Counted from the stretch's first letter, positions 1 to 11,142 are shown. The stretch is 64,000 nucleotides of DNA from Methanotrichaceae archaeon (GCA_963813075.1 CAWEXU010000017.1:86114-150113); one strand, 5' to 3'. The notes: generated by a model not told the origin, from the letters alone. Translations and numbers: made by a program.

Positions 1-978
1 ATGGAATTTATGCCGCATTGGAAGATCTACCAAGAAGCGGCAGACCGCGAAAAATATCATCAGGCGCAAGAACATGGATTCTGTCTCTTGCTTGCTCAAA
101 ACCACTGGACCACGGATATCCATACGAATTATGGACACAACGTTTATTAGCAGAACATATCAGGAATCATTGTTTGGATAATGGTTTTCCAGAATTATCA
201 AAGTTATCTCGTGGCACAGTCTCTAAAATACTTGGCGCGAGCAACGTTAAGCCCCATAAAATTTCGTCATACCTTGCTCCAATCGATCCCGAATTTGAGT
301 CAAAAAGCGTTGTTGTACTACATACCTATAAGCAGGTGGAATTGCTCCAACAGATGTCTAAAGAAAATAAGCCGCTCGATATGGTTATCATTTCATATGA
401 TGAGAAGCCGGGAATCCAAGCTATTGAAAATAAATATTTGGATTTAATGCCTGCATTAGGCAAATATGCCACGCTTTCCCGCGATTATGAATATATAAGG
501 CATGGCACAGTATCTCTGCTCGCAGGAATTGATCTTTTGACAGGCACAGTTCATTATAGGATATTCGATAGGCATAGAAGTAAGGAGTTCGTTGAATTCT
601 TAAAATGTGTCGATTCAGCCTATCCAAAAGATATAAAAATAATTATTATTCTCGACAATGTTAGTGTACATACCTCAAAGGAAACTAAGAGCTATCTCAA
701 AACAGTTCCGCAACGCTTTCATTTTGTCTTTACACCAAAACATGCCTCATGGCTAAATATAATCGAGAGCCTATTCAGCAAAATGACTCGAAGCATGCTG
801 AGGGGGATTCGTGTATCATCCAAAAAAGAGTTGAAGGATCGCATGAGTCAATACATAGACGACATGAATGAAACTCCAACAATATTTAAATGGAAGTACA
901 AAATGGATAAAATGGCGGGAGGGATTGTTGTCGATAAGGACGACGGGGTATTGATATGTTAATTAGGAACTGCTACAC
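1..978 (+). mobile_element. IS630-family insertion sequence, right part (transposase starts before the window, stop at 962)
   Basis: DDE transposase motifs (YDEKPGIQA, ILDNVSVH, TPKHASWLNIIE). Near-identical to the complete copy at 57281-58534. Right end GGAACTGCTACAC is followed by TA. Confidence 0.93.
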
Positions 979-2028
979 TAGTCCTAGAAGCGGAATGGAA
1001 AAGGAGGCGATATGGCCTTGATTTATCTTCCAAATTCCCGAAGTCGTCTTTGCTGCTTCTTCAATGGTATCTCGCATAGTTCTTGAATTCCACCAAGCTA
1101 CAAAAAACTCAGGAAGAATTATTCTAATGTCTAAAGGGACTCGAATAAATAGGTCAGGAAAAATAATACCAGGTAGTGTTTTTTCTACTATGCCAGCACG
1201 ACCGACCAAATCCTTGCTACCGTTTCCACGCACAATGAAAACATCCTTGTCCTTAACTAAATATTGAACGATCTCATTTTCATTAATTGGTATCGGCTTT
1301 GAGTCCAAACAATTAATCTTGCCGTTTCTTAGCGCAGACAACCTAAGACACTGGACCTGTGATTCAGCACTTGTGGTTTTTACTGATAATCCGTTTTTTA
1401 AATTCTTTCTTCCTACAAGCTCATCAATAGTAATGATTGAATTCTTTTTATAATTAAAAATGGACCTTGCTATTGATACAGAAAACGCATTAGTTTCCAC
1501 CATCGCTCGCCTTCGCAACTCTCGTGCCTCCTCGATCCGGGCGGCCAGTTCCTGGATGCGGGCCACTATGCGGCGCTGCTCGTCCAGTGGTGGATGTGGA
1601 ATCACATAGCTAAGAACATTCTCTGGGCGAATAGCAGCATAATTGGTCGATCCTTGGGCAGTAACTTGATCCTGGAACATTTTTGTCCGGATAAAGTAAT
1701 CCAGGAATCGACGATCTAAATATTCTTCGTCAAGTGTGAAAATGAAGTAATGACTGCTTACGATAGCCCCTTCCAAATTTTCAGGGACAATTCCAAATCC
1801 TCCAACTTTGGCATCAATCTCAGCGACCAGAAATTCGCCAGCATGACATACTTGCTGTTTCTTGGTCTTAATTTGCGAACCGTCTATCGAATCACGCAAA
1901 ACGATCCCTTGAGCGTGAAGCTGCACACGACAGCGCTTATAAGTTGAAAGATCATCGATTTGGATGAATTCTTTTCTATATCGTATCATATCACCTAGAG
2001 GAACATTATCCCATCTCTTTCCAGACAT
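973..2028 (-). pseudogene. hsdS: Type I R-M specificity subunit HsdS, 3'-truncated by IS630
   Basis: TRD1, central conserved helix (IPHPPLDEQRRIVARI), TRD2. The frame runs into the IS end right after 'FSIPLL', so the distal conserved helix is missing. Confidence 0.88.
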
Positions 2029-2068
2029 TATTCAATCCTCTAAATGATATACCTGCATTTCCACTGGA

Positions 2069-2093
2069 ATTTCGCAGAAATTGTCTGCGAAAT
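2069..2093. promoter_or_regulatory. Perfect 10-bp inverted repeat between hsdM and hsdS
   Basis: ATTTCGCAGA-aattg-TCTGCGAAAT. Confidence 0.5.
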
Positions 2094-2102
2094 CTTCCTC
2101 GA

Positions 2103-3650
2103 TCATCTCTTCTCCGCCAGCAGCTCTTTTATCTCGCCCATGATCTGCATGATCCTCTCTTCCTTGGCCAGAATCGACTCCACCAGCTCCTCAGGCGGCA
2201 GTTGCTCCAGGTCCTTCTTCCCGTTCGGATTCTTGATATCCAGGTTGTAGTTATTCCCGGCAATCTCCTCCGCCGGCACTCTCCAGGCCTGCTCGCCCTC
2301 GTTCCTCGACCTTCCACCAGGCCAGGCAGTCGGCAAACTCCTCGAACTGCATGGGCTTGGTCTTGGTGTAGTTCTTGCGGCCTTCGGGCAGGGCCAGCTC
2401 GTAGTACCAGACCTCTTTGGTCGGCCCGGATCGGTCGAAGAAGAGCAGGTTGGTGGGAATATTGGTGTAAGGCGCAAAGACGCCATTGGGCAGGCGCACA
2501 ATCGTATGCAGGTTGAACTCCTTCAGCAGCTCCTCTTTGATCCTTGCTGCCACTCCGTCCCCGAAGAGCATTCCATTGGGCACGACCACGCCCGCGCGCC
2601 CGGGCGCGGGCGTGCGACGCAGCTTGCGCATGATGAGCTGCAAGAACAGAAGCGTGGTCTCAGAGGTCTGCTTGTCATCCGGGAAATTTCCCAGGATTCC
2701 GCGCTCCTCCTCGCCGCCGAAAGGTGGATTGGTCAGGATCACATCCACCCGCTGCTGCATCGCCTATCTCCCGCAGCGGGAAGCGCAGGCTGTTTTCGGA
2801 ATCGATCTGCGGATAGTCTATGCCGTGCAAGAGCAGGTTCATCTGGCAGAGCATGTAGGGCAGCGGCTTGGCCTCGCCGCCCTTTATGCTGTCCTTCTGC
2901 AGCACCTCAAAGTCCTCCACCGTCTTGCACTGCTCGTACAGGTGCTTGTAGGACTCGACCAGAAATCCGCCTGTGCCGCAGGCCGGGTCCAGGATGGTCT
3001 CGCCCAGCCTTGGATCCGTCACCGCCACCATGAAGCGGATGACCGGACGGGGGGTGTAAAACTCGCCCGAGTCGCCCGCAGCGTCCCTCATCTCTTTGAG
3101 CATCGACTCGTAAAGGTGGCTTAGGGTGTGGATCTCCTCAGAGGAGCTGAAGTGGATGGCGTTGATCTTGTTTATCATATCCCGCAGCAGGTAGCCGCTG
3201 ATCATGCGGTTGACTGTGCCCCGGAAGATGGTGGCAATCACATCCCGTCCGGTCGCCTCCGTTCGCGCTCTGCAGACTGCGCAGGTAGGCGAAGAGCCCC
3301 TGGCCCTCCTGCCCATCGGGCCGCACTGCTTTGTCCTGGTTGATGAAGGCGATGAGAGCGTCTCCGGTGATGCCGTCCTCCTTCGCCGCCCAGTCCCGCC
3401 AGCGGTAAGGGGCCTCGATGGCTGGACGGAACCTCTCGCCCTTTAAAATTGCCTCTTGCTCCCTGATCTGCTCCATGTCGTCTATGAACTTGAGGAACAT
3501 CACCCAGACCAGCATGGGAAGGCGGTCCAGGTCTCCGGAGAGGCCCTTGTCCTTGCGCATGATATCCCGGCAGGACTTGACGATGCTGCCTAACTGCTGG
3601 GCGGTGGTGAGCTGAGCTTCAGAGGCTTTAGGTTTGCGCGTTCGGGCCAT
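2103..3650 (-). CDS. hsdM: Type I R-M N6-adenine methyltransferase HsdM (split over four frames in this sequence)
   Basis: Consecutive ORF pieces give GEFYTPRPVI, DPACGTGGFL, ILTNPPFGG, and the C-terminal NYNLDIKNP. About three indels. Confidence 0.9.
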
Positions 3651-3669
3651 GTTATTACTACTCCTATCA

Positions 3670-6013
3670 TCAAGCGGCGTACAGCAGCACTTGTAGCTGA
3701 TCCACCGCTTCCTTTAACCTTTCCGCTCCGCCAAAGATGCCAATTATCTCCCCCACGTTTCCATGCTCGGAAATGGGCGGCACCTTCAGCACCTCAGGCA
3801 TCTCGAACTGCGCCGTTCCATGCTCTGAGTACTTCTCCAAAAGCTCCTCCAAAATGACTCTGGCCTCCGGTCCGTACTGCCCGAAGAAGTCCGGCTTCTT
3901 GCGCCGGAGCTGCTCAGCCCGCTGCCTGCGTGTTTGCAGGGGCGCATTGAAGGCCAAATGGCAGAGCAGGTCAAAGGAATCGGCCTCCGGCTGCCCTGCC
4001 TCGCGAGCCAGGTTGGCAAAGTCAATGCCCCGCTCCTCCAGAGCGGCGACTATCTCCGCTCTCTGCTCCAGGTCGGCCCATTTCGCTCGCAGCTCGGATG
4101 CCGTAGGGTAGAGCGTTCTCACCTTCTCTGCAGCATAATCTGTGAACTTGATCACCCGCAGCTGCTTTCCATCCGGGTCCAGCTCGGAGACGTAGTGCGT
4201 GGCGATCTCAAAGTGGCCGCCGTCCACATAGTACTTGCGTGGGGCGTCCTCATCCGGCAATTCTTGATCCTGGCCGTCGCCCTCACCCTTTCCGCAACCG
4301 CCTCCGCTTCGCTTATGGCCATCGGTCTCAATCTCGATACCAATGCGGATCTCCATCAAAAGCCGGATCGGCAAACATCTGCGTGGCGCTGCCGGTGTAG
4401 TCCAGGATGGAAAAGAAGAGCTTGCCATAGTCGTCCCGCACTCGCGTCCCGCGGCCTATGATCTGCTTGAACTCGGTCATGGAGCCGATCACCCTCGCCA
4501 GGACGATGTTCTTGCAGGTAGGCGCATCCACTCCCGTGGAGAGCAGCTTGGAGGTTGTAAGGATCACAGGTGTCTTCGTCTCCAGCTCCTGAAACCTGCT
4601 CAAATGGCCAATCCCAATCTGTCCCTCGTCCGCCGTCACCCGGCAGACGTAATCAGAATTCTGGGCCACCAGATCGGCATTCAGATTGTTCAGAGCCCGG
4701 CGCATCTCATCCGCATGCTCCTGGTCCACGCAAAAGACGATGGTCTTGGCAAAGCGGTCAGTATTCCTCATGAACTCTGCCAGGTGGCGGGCAATGGCCT
4801 GCGTTCGAGCCCGCAAGGCAACGACGCGCTCGAAATCCTTGGTCTGATACTCGCCATCAGGAATCTCGTAGCCGAAGCGGTCTTTCTCTCCCTGGCTGGG
4901 CCTCCAGCCTGCTGCGTCAACGTCTGTGACAATGCGATGCACCCGGTACGGAGCCAGAAATCCGTCTTCAATTCCCTGCCGCAGGCTGTAGGTGTAAATG
5001 GGATCGCCAAAGTAGGCATAAGTGTCCCGGTTATCATCCCGCAGCGGCGTCGCCGTCATGCCCAACTGATAGGCGGGCTGGAAATACTCCAGGATCTCCC
5101 TCCAGTTGCTCTCGTCTCTGGCGCTCCCCCGGTGGCACTCGTCTACTATTATCAGATCGAAGAAGTCTGGCGCATACTCCCGGAATAGGCCCGGACGCCG
5201 CTCGTCTTTCGCCAGGGACTGATAGATGGCAAAGTACATCTCCCGGCTCTTGATCGCATCTCCGTTCTCTATCTTCCAACGTGCGTCTCCAAAGGGCGTG
5301 AAAGTCTTATCCTTCGGATCGTCGATGAGTATGTTTCTGTCCGCCAAATACAGAATTCTGGGCTTGCGCGGCTCACCGCGGGAATTCCACTTCGACTCCC
5401 AGAGCTTCCAGCAAATCTGAAATGCCACAAAGGTCTTGCCAGTGCCTGTTGCCATGGTTAGGAGGATGCGTTTCTTTCCCTCTACTATAGCCTCAATTGA
5501 CTTATTGATTGCGATCTCTTGATAGTAGCGGGCGTCTTTTCCCTGGGAGCGATAGTAAGGAGCAAGAAGGCGTTCTTTCTTCTGCGCATCCACAATTTTA
5601 TGCGCATCACAGTAGCGTGACCACAGCTCGCCGGGCGATGGAAACTCTGAAAGTAATCGTTCTATTCCTGTGAAGTAGTCAAACTCAATTATCCCATCCC
5701 CATTGGTGGCATAGGCAAATTTGAGCCCTAAAATTTCCGCATACTCCTTGGCCTGTTGCAGCCCGTCTCCAGGGTTCCTGTAAATCGGTTTGGCTTCGAC
5801 AACAGCAATCTTAAAGTCCCGAGTGAAGCGAAGCAGGTAATCGGCACGCTTCTTCTTTCGGCGCTTGGGCTTATCTCCAATCATTACGATTCGCCCGTCT
5901 GTGAAATTCTGCTGCTCGGTGAAAGAATGAGGCTCATTATCCCAGCCCGAATGGATCAGCCTGGGTACTACATACTTTCTGCAGGTATCAGCTTCATTCA
6001 ACAGGGATTCCAC
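3670..6013 (-). CDS. hsdR: Type I R-M restriction subunit HsdR, EcoAI/EcoEI-like (one frameshift near 4340)
   Basis: NEADTCRKYV N-terminus, VVEAK nuclease motif, MATGTGKT, DECHRG, QIIGRGTR. An EcoEI-R-like C-terminal domain is in the 3670-4428 frame. Confidence 0.92.
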
Positions 6014-6308
6014 TTGTCTCTACGCCTCCAAGACACTACTCTGATATTTGAAAGATCTTGAGATTGGTGAAATCCTATGGTATTTCAATCTATCAGTATT
6101 TATAGTAAGAGCCTTAAAAACTTTTAAAATTGATTCAATATCCATCAGGGAGGTGGCCACGTAAAGCAAGGAGTGGCAGGCGGGCAAGGTGGTGGACGCG
6201 ACCAGACCTGTGGAGAATTAGAGCTATGTGCTCGTACTGCAGGCAAGCACACAGTTCAGCCTGGCCCGCCTGGGGAATATTAGCCTTTTTATATTCCAGA
6301 ACCATCAA

Positions 6309-6412
6309 CGGCTTGCCACGATTGTATCCAAGCCTCCCCGGCGTTGAGGGGACCAGGGCATTAGCGCGGGAGGCCAGCAGGCCGACTCGCGGCGCCCACT
6401 GAAAAGCAGCTC
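6309..6412 (+). repeat. Diverged copy (A3) of structured repeat A, inverted relative to A1/A2
   Basis: CGCGGGAGGCC-agca-GGCCGACTCGCGG-CGCCCA aligns with the reverse complement of 47529-47683 and 48841-48994. Confidence 0.8.
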
Positions 6413-6713
6413 TTATGAATAAAAATCAAGCTCTAAATTCATTTCCCCAGACGCGAAGCAACCGAATGATCTCTCCCAGTCGGTCAATAACCACACGTCA
6501 TCTGCTCCATCACCGCCTGGGCCATCACAAGCTGCAGCTATCGCTTTTTACGATCCGTGCATGGGGGCAGCAGTTGTGGCCTCCTACAGAAAGGAGTGGC
6601 ATGCAGGACTGGTAGTGGATGTGGCCTTGCTGTAGAGCAAAATGCGTCATCAGATTGCAGAGCAATCGATGCGCAAGGTTTAGCCCAGTTGGATAATATT
6701 ATTCATTCTATGA

Positions 6714-7273
6714 CTAATCCCCTTTGCATATCGCCAGGGTCTCCGCCTTGACCTGCTCCATCTTCTTCTTGCCTACGAATACCTCCACCAGCTTCAAAGC
6801 GAACTCCATCGCCGTTCCCGGAGCGCGGCTGGTTATGATATTTCCGTCCACCACCACTCGATCACTGAGGAGAACTGGGCGCACGACTTCACCTCCTCCA
6901 CCCCCGAAGGGTGCACAGTGGCCTTCCGGCCCTGCAGGACTCCCGCCTTGATGAGGACCGATGGCGCTGCGCATATCGCCGCCACATACTTTTTCGCCTG
7001 ATTCATCTCCCGCGCCATCTTCAGTATCCTTTCATCCTTTCCCAGGTTGATGAAGCCGGGCGCACCTCCGGGAAGGACCATGCCGTCGAAATCCTGCTGG
7101 TGGATCCTGTCCAGGGTGGTATCAGGCTGCACCTTAACCCCATGCGCGCCCTCTACCAATCCCTCCTTCAGCCCTGCAGTCACCACATCTATTCCCGCCC
7201 GTCTCAGAATATCGATGACGTTCATGGCCTCGATCTCTTCGAAGCCATCTGCCAAGGGAACCAATATCTTCAT
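6714..7273 (-). CDS. DJ-1/ThiJ/PfpI family protein (frameshift near 6890)
   Basis: GFEEIEA, LPGG and AAICAAP nucleophile motif. The C-terminus ([23 protein letters not shown]) is in the adjacent frame. Confidence 0.88.
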
Positions 7274-7418
7274 GCCTTAATAGCCTCCTCAATCTGCAAT
7301 CAGTCTATTGGCATTGAAACCTTAAGTCTATTGCTATTGATGAAGAATAGCAAAATGGCAAAATTAGATCCAATCAAAACGCTAATCAATAAGGAATGCC
7401 TGTTTCACTGTTTGAATC

Positions 7419-7715
7419 ATGATTTGCAGACGCTGCGGAAATTGCTGCATTCATCTGGACATCTTCGTGGTCAATCCCCGGTCAATTCTTCCCGATGGAT
7501 GCCTGGATAGAAGTGATCCCGAGGCCATGATCCAAAAGCCCGGCGGGCAGATGTGCCCTCATCTCGCCTTTGTGGTTATGCCAGAGGGAGAGATAGCGTG
7601 CTGCACCATCCACCACCTGCCCTGCTACAGAGATACTCCCTGCGAAAAGTTCGAGCAGATCGGCCCCGAGGACTCCATATGTCTTCTGAGCAGCTACCTG
7701 AAGGAACAGAAATGA
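7419..7715 (+). CDS. YkgJ-like cysteine-cluster (Fe-S/Zn chelating) protein
   Basis: CRRCGNCC ... CPHL ... CTIH ... PC pattern. Confidence 0.75.
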   Translation: MICRRCGNCCIHLDIFVVNPRSILPDGCLDRSDPEAMIQKPGGQMCPHLAFVVMPEGEIACCTIHHLPCYRDTPCEKFEQIGPEDSICLLSSYLKEQK

Positions 7716-7764
7716 GTTTGGAATTCGTCTGGAATGTGTCTGCAATGTGTCAATAGAATGTGGC

Positions 7765-8256
7765 CTAACTTCCTTTTGCTTCCAGCCTCTCCGATGCCAT
7801 CAGAAATCCTATCGCCCTTTCCGCCAATGGGTACCTATTCACCAGAGCCTTGAACCTCTTGCCATGATTGGGCTCGATCAGGTGAGCAAGCTCGTGGACG
7901 ATCACATAGTCCTCCACCCACTGAGGGAGGCTTGCCAGCCGGTTGCTAATGCGAATGGTCCGGGCGGCACAGTTGCATGAGCCGCGACGGTGCTCCTGGC
8001 GAGAGGAATACTGAATGCTGTTCCAGGCTAAGCTTCCCTGAAAATACCTATTGTTCAGAGCCGCAGCCCTCTGGCTCAAATGAGTGTCGTCTTTGGGATA
8101 GACCCTCTTCTCAAGCCTGATCTGCAGCTTCTCTATGTGGACCTGAAGAGCGGCATCTGAGATTGAGGCCGGAGCTAAGACCTCCATCTTTCCCCCTACC
8201 ATCCGGGCCTGAATGGTCCTTTTCCGTCGCGCAGATCTCTTCACCACGATTTCCAT
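7765..8256 (-). CDS. YgjP/DUF45-like zinc metallopeptidase
   Basis: RGSC...IRIS...DYVIVHELAHL (HExxH)...NHG. Confidence 0.85.
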   Translation of the reverse strand: MEIVVKRSARRKRTIQARMVGGKMEVLAPASISDAALQVHIEKLQIRLEKRVYPKDDTHLSQRAAALNNRYFQGSLAWNSIQYSSRQEHRRGSCNCAARTIRISNRLASLPQWVEDYVIVHELAHLIEPNHGKRFKALVNRYPLAERAIGFLMASERLEAKGS

Positions 8257-8404
8257 AAAAGCTGGCCCCTCCTGAGCGATGATAGTATAGGGTGGTATTA
8301 ATAACTTTCTTTCTGAAGTTTATCATGAACTACAGAGGAAATAGTCATGATATATTATCGTATATCTTCAATAAGTTTTATCGACATATCTAAATCACTC
8401 TCAG

Positions 8405-8469
8405 CCAAACAAACCTCATCCTAACAAACCTCCTCCAACAAACCTTCGGGCCAACAAACCTCTGCCAAT
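8405..8469. repeat. Short tandem repeat, 4 x AACAAACCT, period about 15 nt
   Basis: ccaaacaaacctcat/cctaacaaacctcct/ccaacaaaccttcggg/ccaacaaacctctg in a divergent intergenic region. Confidence 0.75.
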
Positions 8470-8580
8470 AATCACAATTTTTTCCGGCCACCCGTAAAGG
8501 TCATTAACTATGAGACTATTTAAAAAATACATAAGTTTATATCGATATTAGCCTGAAATATACCGAGGGGGTTATCAATC

Positions 8581-10563
8581 TTGGGAACCGATGAGATCAA
8601 AGAGATACAAAGCAAGATCAAGGGAATGAGTCTCACCTGGGCGGCAGGAAAGACGGATGTCTCAGAACTGGCACCGGAGGAGAAGATGCGCTACCTTGGC
8701 CTGGTCATTCCGGAGGAAGAGAAGATGATGATCCAGCAGCTGGCGGAAAGGGATCGCACTCTGGCTGCCAGGGCCGGGGCAGCTTCCATATATCCCACTC
8801 AGTGGGACTGGAGGGACGTATCCGGCAACGACTGGACGACGCCGATCAGGGATCAGAAGCAGTGCGGCTCTTGTGTTGCCTTTGCCACTGTGGCGGCCAT
8901 TGAGGCCAATTTGGAGATCTTCAAGAGGGACCCGGCCCTCAATCCAGATCTCTCTGAGGCCGACCTCTTCTTCAGAGGCTGCGGCGACTGCTGCGGACGG
9001 GGCTGGTATTTCGCCCCTGCCCTGAGATTTGCCCAGTCCAGCGGAGTGCCGGACGAGGGATGCAATCCTTACCAGGGGGATAGTACCGGCAGCTGCACGG
9101 ACAGGGACAAAAGGGTGGTCAAGATAGAGAGCTACAAGACCATAACCAATAGCTCTCAGGCTAAGGAATGGCTCAGCCAGCGGGGTCCGCTCATCAGCGG
9201 ATTTAGCGTCTATGAGGACTTCTTCTATTATGAGAAAGGGGTCTACCAGAACGCATACGGCGGATTTATGGGCGACCATGCGGTATGCATCGTGGGCTTC
9301 GATGACGCCAAGGGCTGCTGGATCTGCAAGAACAGCTGGGGACAGGGCTGGGGGGAGAGCGGCTGGTTCAAGATCGCCTATGGTGAATGCGGAATGGGCG
9401 GCCAGTTCCCATTCTATGGCATCCAGTTCACGGCAGACGACGACCTGGTCATGCCCAGATCGGGAAGGGTGATTGTGCGTTTTACCGGCAGGAACACCCC
9501 ACTGGATAACGAGATCTGGCTGTACCGCCCTGAGGAGAAGCTGATCTTCCGGGCAGTGGACTCTGAAATGGGCAAGATCTACGATCTGGGGGTCTATCCA
9601 TCCGGGACCAGGCTCACATTCGCCCTGAAGACCTCGGATGGGCACGTCTACTACAGCGACCAGCTCTTAAACGACGACGTCTGCGACCATGTGAACAGGA
9701 CCAGCATAGGGACCTTCAAATGGCAACTGAATTGGGAGGACCTCTACGGCCTGGGAGAGAAGGACTACAACGATGTTATAATGGAGATTGAGATCTACAG
9801 CGCCACCACCGAGGACGTGGTTATGCCCAAAGAGGGGAGGGTCTTTGCCACCCTCAAAAGAAGGTATGCCGCCACGAAAGAGGAGTTCAGGCTGAGTTCC
9901 CCTGAGGACCGGCTGATCTTCACCCTGGACAGCCCCATGGGAAAGGCAGTGGACCTGGGAAAGTACCCCGAAGGGGCAAGGCTAACATTTGCCTTCAAGA
10001 CCCTGGAAGGCTACACCTTTTACACCGATCAGGTGAAAAACCCGGATTTTCTGAGCCATGTGAGAAAGCTTCCTACCGGATACAACAAGTGGGAGCTGCG
10101 CTGGGAGAAATCCTATGGCATGCGCTTCAAAAGCTACCGGGATCTCACGGCGGAGATAACGGTGGCCCCCATCGTCCGCGAGGATGTAGTTTTAGAGAAA
10201 GACAGCCATGTGGTGGCCAGGCTGGTCAGCAAGAACACTCCTCTTCACAACCAGTTCTGGCTCTATCTGCCGGAGAAGAAGCTGATCTTCGACTCCATCC
10301 AGGGGAACGTGGGCAAGAGCTTTGAGGTGGGAGACTATCCCGCAGGGACCAGGCTGGTCTTTGCCCTGCAGACCCAGGATGGTGCCTTCTTCTACACGGA
10401 CAGCGGCCTGAACGATGACGGCAAATCGCATGTCCTCAAGCTGAAGCTCGGATCGAGCAAATGCCAGCTTCGCTGGGAGGACCTATACGGGCTGAAGGAC
10501 ACTGACTACAACGACCTGGTGGTGGAGATCAAGATGGATCCGATGTTGGATCCAAAGCAATAG
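8581..10563 (+). CDS. C1A (papain-like) cysteine protease with three C-terminal ~123-aa repeats (DUF4114-like)
   Basis: WDWR, QKQCGSCVAFA, DHAVCIVG and KNSWG catalytic motifs. Repeats start at 9439, 9811 and 10180; repeats 1 and 3 end in WEDLYGLxxxDYND. Confidence 0.9.
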   Translation: MGTDEIKEIQSKIKGMSLTWAAGKTDVSELAPEEKMRYLGLVIPEEEKMMIQQLAERDRTLAARAGAASIYPTQWDWRDVSGNDWTTPIRDQKQCGSCVAFATVAAIEANLEIFKRDPALNPDLSEADLFFRGCGDCCGRGWYFAPALRFAQSSGVPDEGCNPYQGDSTGSCTDRDKRVVKIESYKTITNSSQAKEWLSQRGPLISGFSVYEDFFYYEKGVYQNAYGGFMGDHAVCIVGFDDAKGCWICKNSWGQGWGESGWFKIAYGECGMGGQFPFYGIQFTADDDLVMPRSGRVIVRFTGRNTPLDNEIWLYRPEEKLIFRAVDSEMGKIYDLGVYPSGTRLTFALKTSDGHVYYSDQLLNDDVCDHVNRTSIGTFKWQLNWEDLYGLGEKDYNDVIMEIEIYSATTEDVVMPKEGRVFATLKRRYAATKEEFRLSSPEDRLIFTLDSPMGKAVDLGKYPEGARLTFAFKTLEGYTFYTDQVKNPDFLSHVRKLPTGYNKWELRWEKSYGMRFKSYRDLTAEITVAPIVREDVVLEKDSHVVARLVSKNTPLHNQFWLYLPEKKLIFDSIQGNVGKSFEVGDYPAGTRLVFALQTQDGAFFYTDSGLNDDGKSHVLKLKLGSSKCQLRWEDLYGLKDTDYNDLVVEIKMDPMLDPKQ

Positions 10564-10595
10564 ATCCTGGAGACGGTGTCCGGGGCGAAAGATAT

Positions 10596-11075
10596 TCAGG
10601 AACAGGGCAGCCAGTCCACGCTGATCTCACCGGGCTGGCTGTCCGACCACAGCTGAATGAACTTCTCAATGGAGAATACCCCGGTCAGGTCCTCCACGCT
10701 GCGGCCGATGAGAGGGTGGCGGCCTTTGACGCTAACCGCTGGATCGACAGACTGCCAGGCGATATGGGCCTTGCCTATGACATTGGAGCTGATGCTGGCC
10801 TCCAGGCCCCCACCCGGCGATGCCGGATTGGATGAATTTGCAGAATTTGCATATGCTCCCGTTCGAACCTGGGTATTTCTATTCAGGTGCTCGACATCGG
10901 TGTAGGATTCGGTCATGACGGCACCGGTATCATAGTTTTTAATGGTGAGGATATCGTTCTGCCCACCACTTATCGCGGCCGGAGTATAGGCCAGGGGAAT
11001 CTCCCCCTGAATGCCGGGAACGGCCATTGCCGCAACCATGGCCGCAAAAACCAGACAAACCATTCTCTTCCACAC
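10596..11075 (-). CDS. Hypothetical secreted protein
   Basis: N-terminal basic plus hydrophobic signal peptide (MWKRMVCLVFAAMVAAMA). Confidence 0.7.
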   Translation of the reverse strand: MWKRMVCLVFAAMVAAMAVPGIQGEIPLAYTPAAISGGQNDILTIKNYDTGAVMTESYTDVEHLNRNTQVRTGAYANSANSSNPASPGGGLEASISSNVIGKAHIAWQSVDPAVSVKGRHPLIGRSVEDLTGVFSIEKFIQLWSDSQPGEISVDWLPCS

Positions 11076-11142
11076 TCATCGATCACCACTTCGATGATTG
11101 ACGTACTGACATTTCAAGTTATTGCTCCCCAACCTCGATCCA

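Noticed and set aside
2103..4428. Programmed frameshifting or phase variation in hsdM/hsdR
   Set aside because: No long homopolymer or simple-repeat tracts at the breaks, and similar indels affect unrelated genes throughout the window.
8405..8469. Mini CRISPR array
   Set aside because: The 9-nt repeat and 5-7-nt spacers are far too short.
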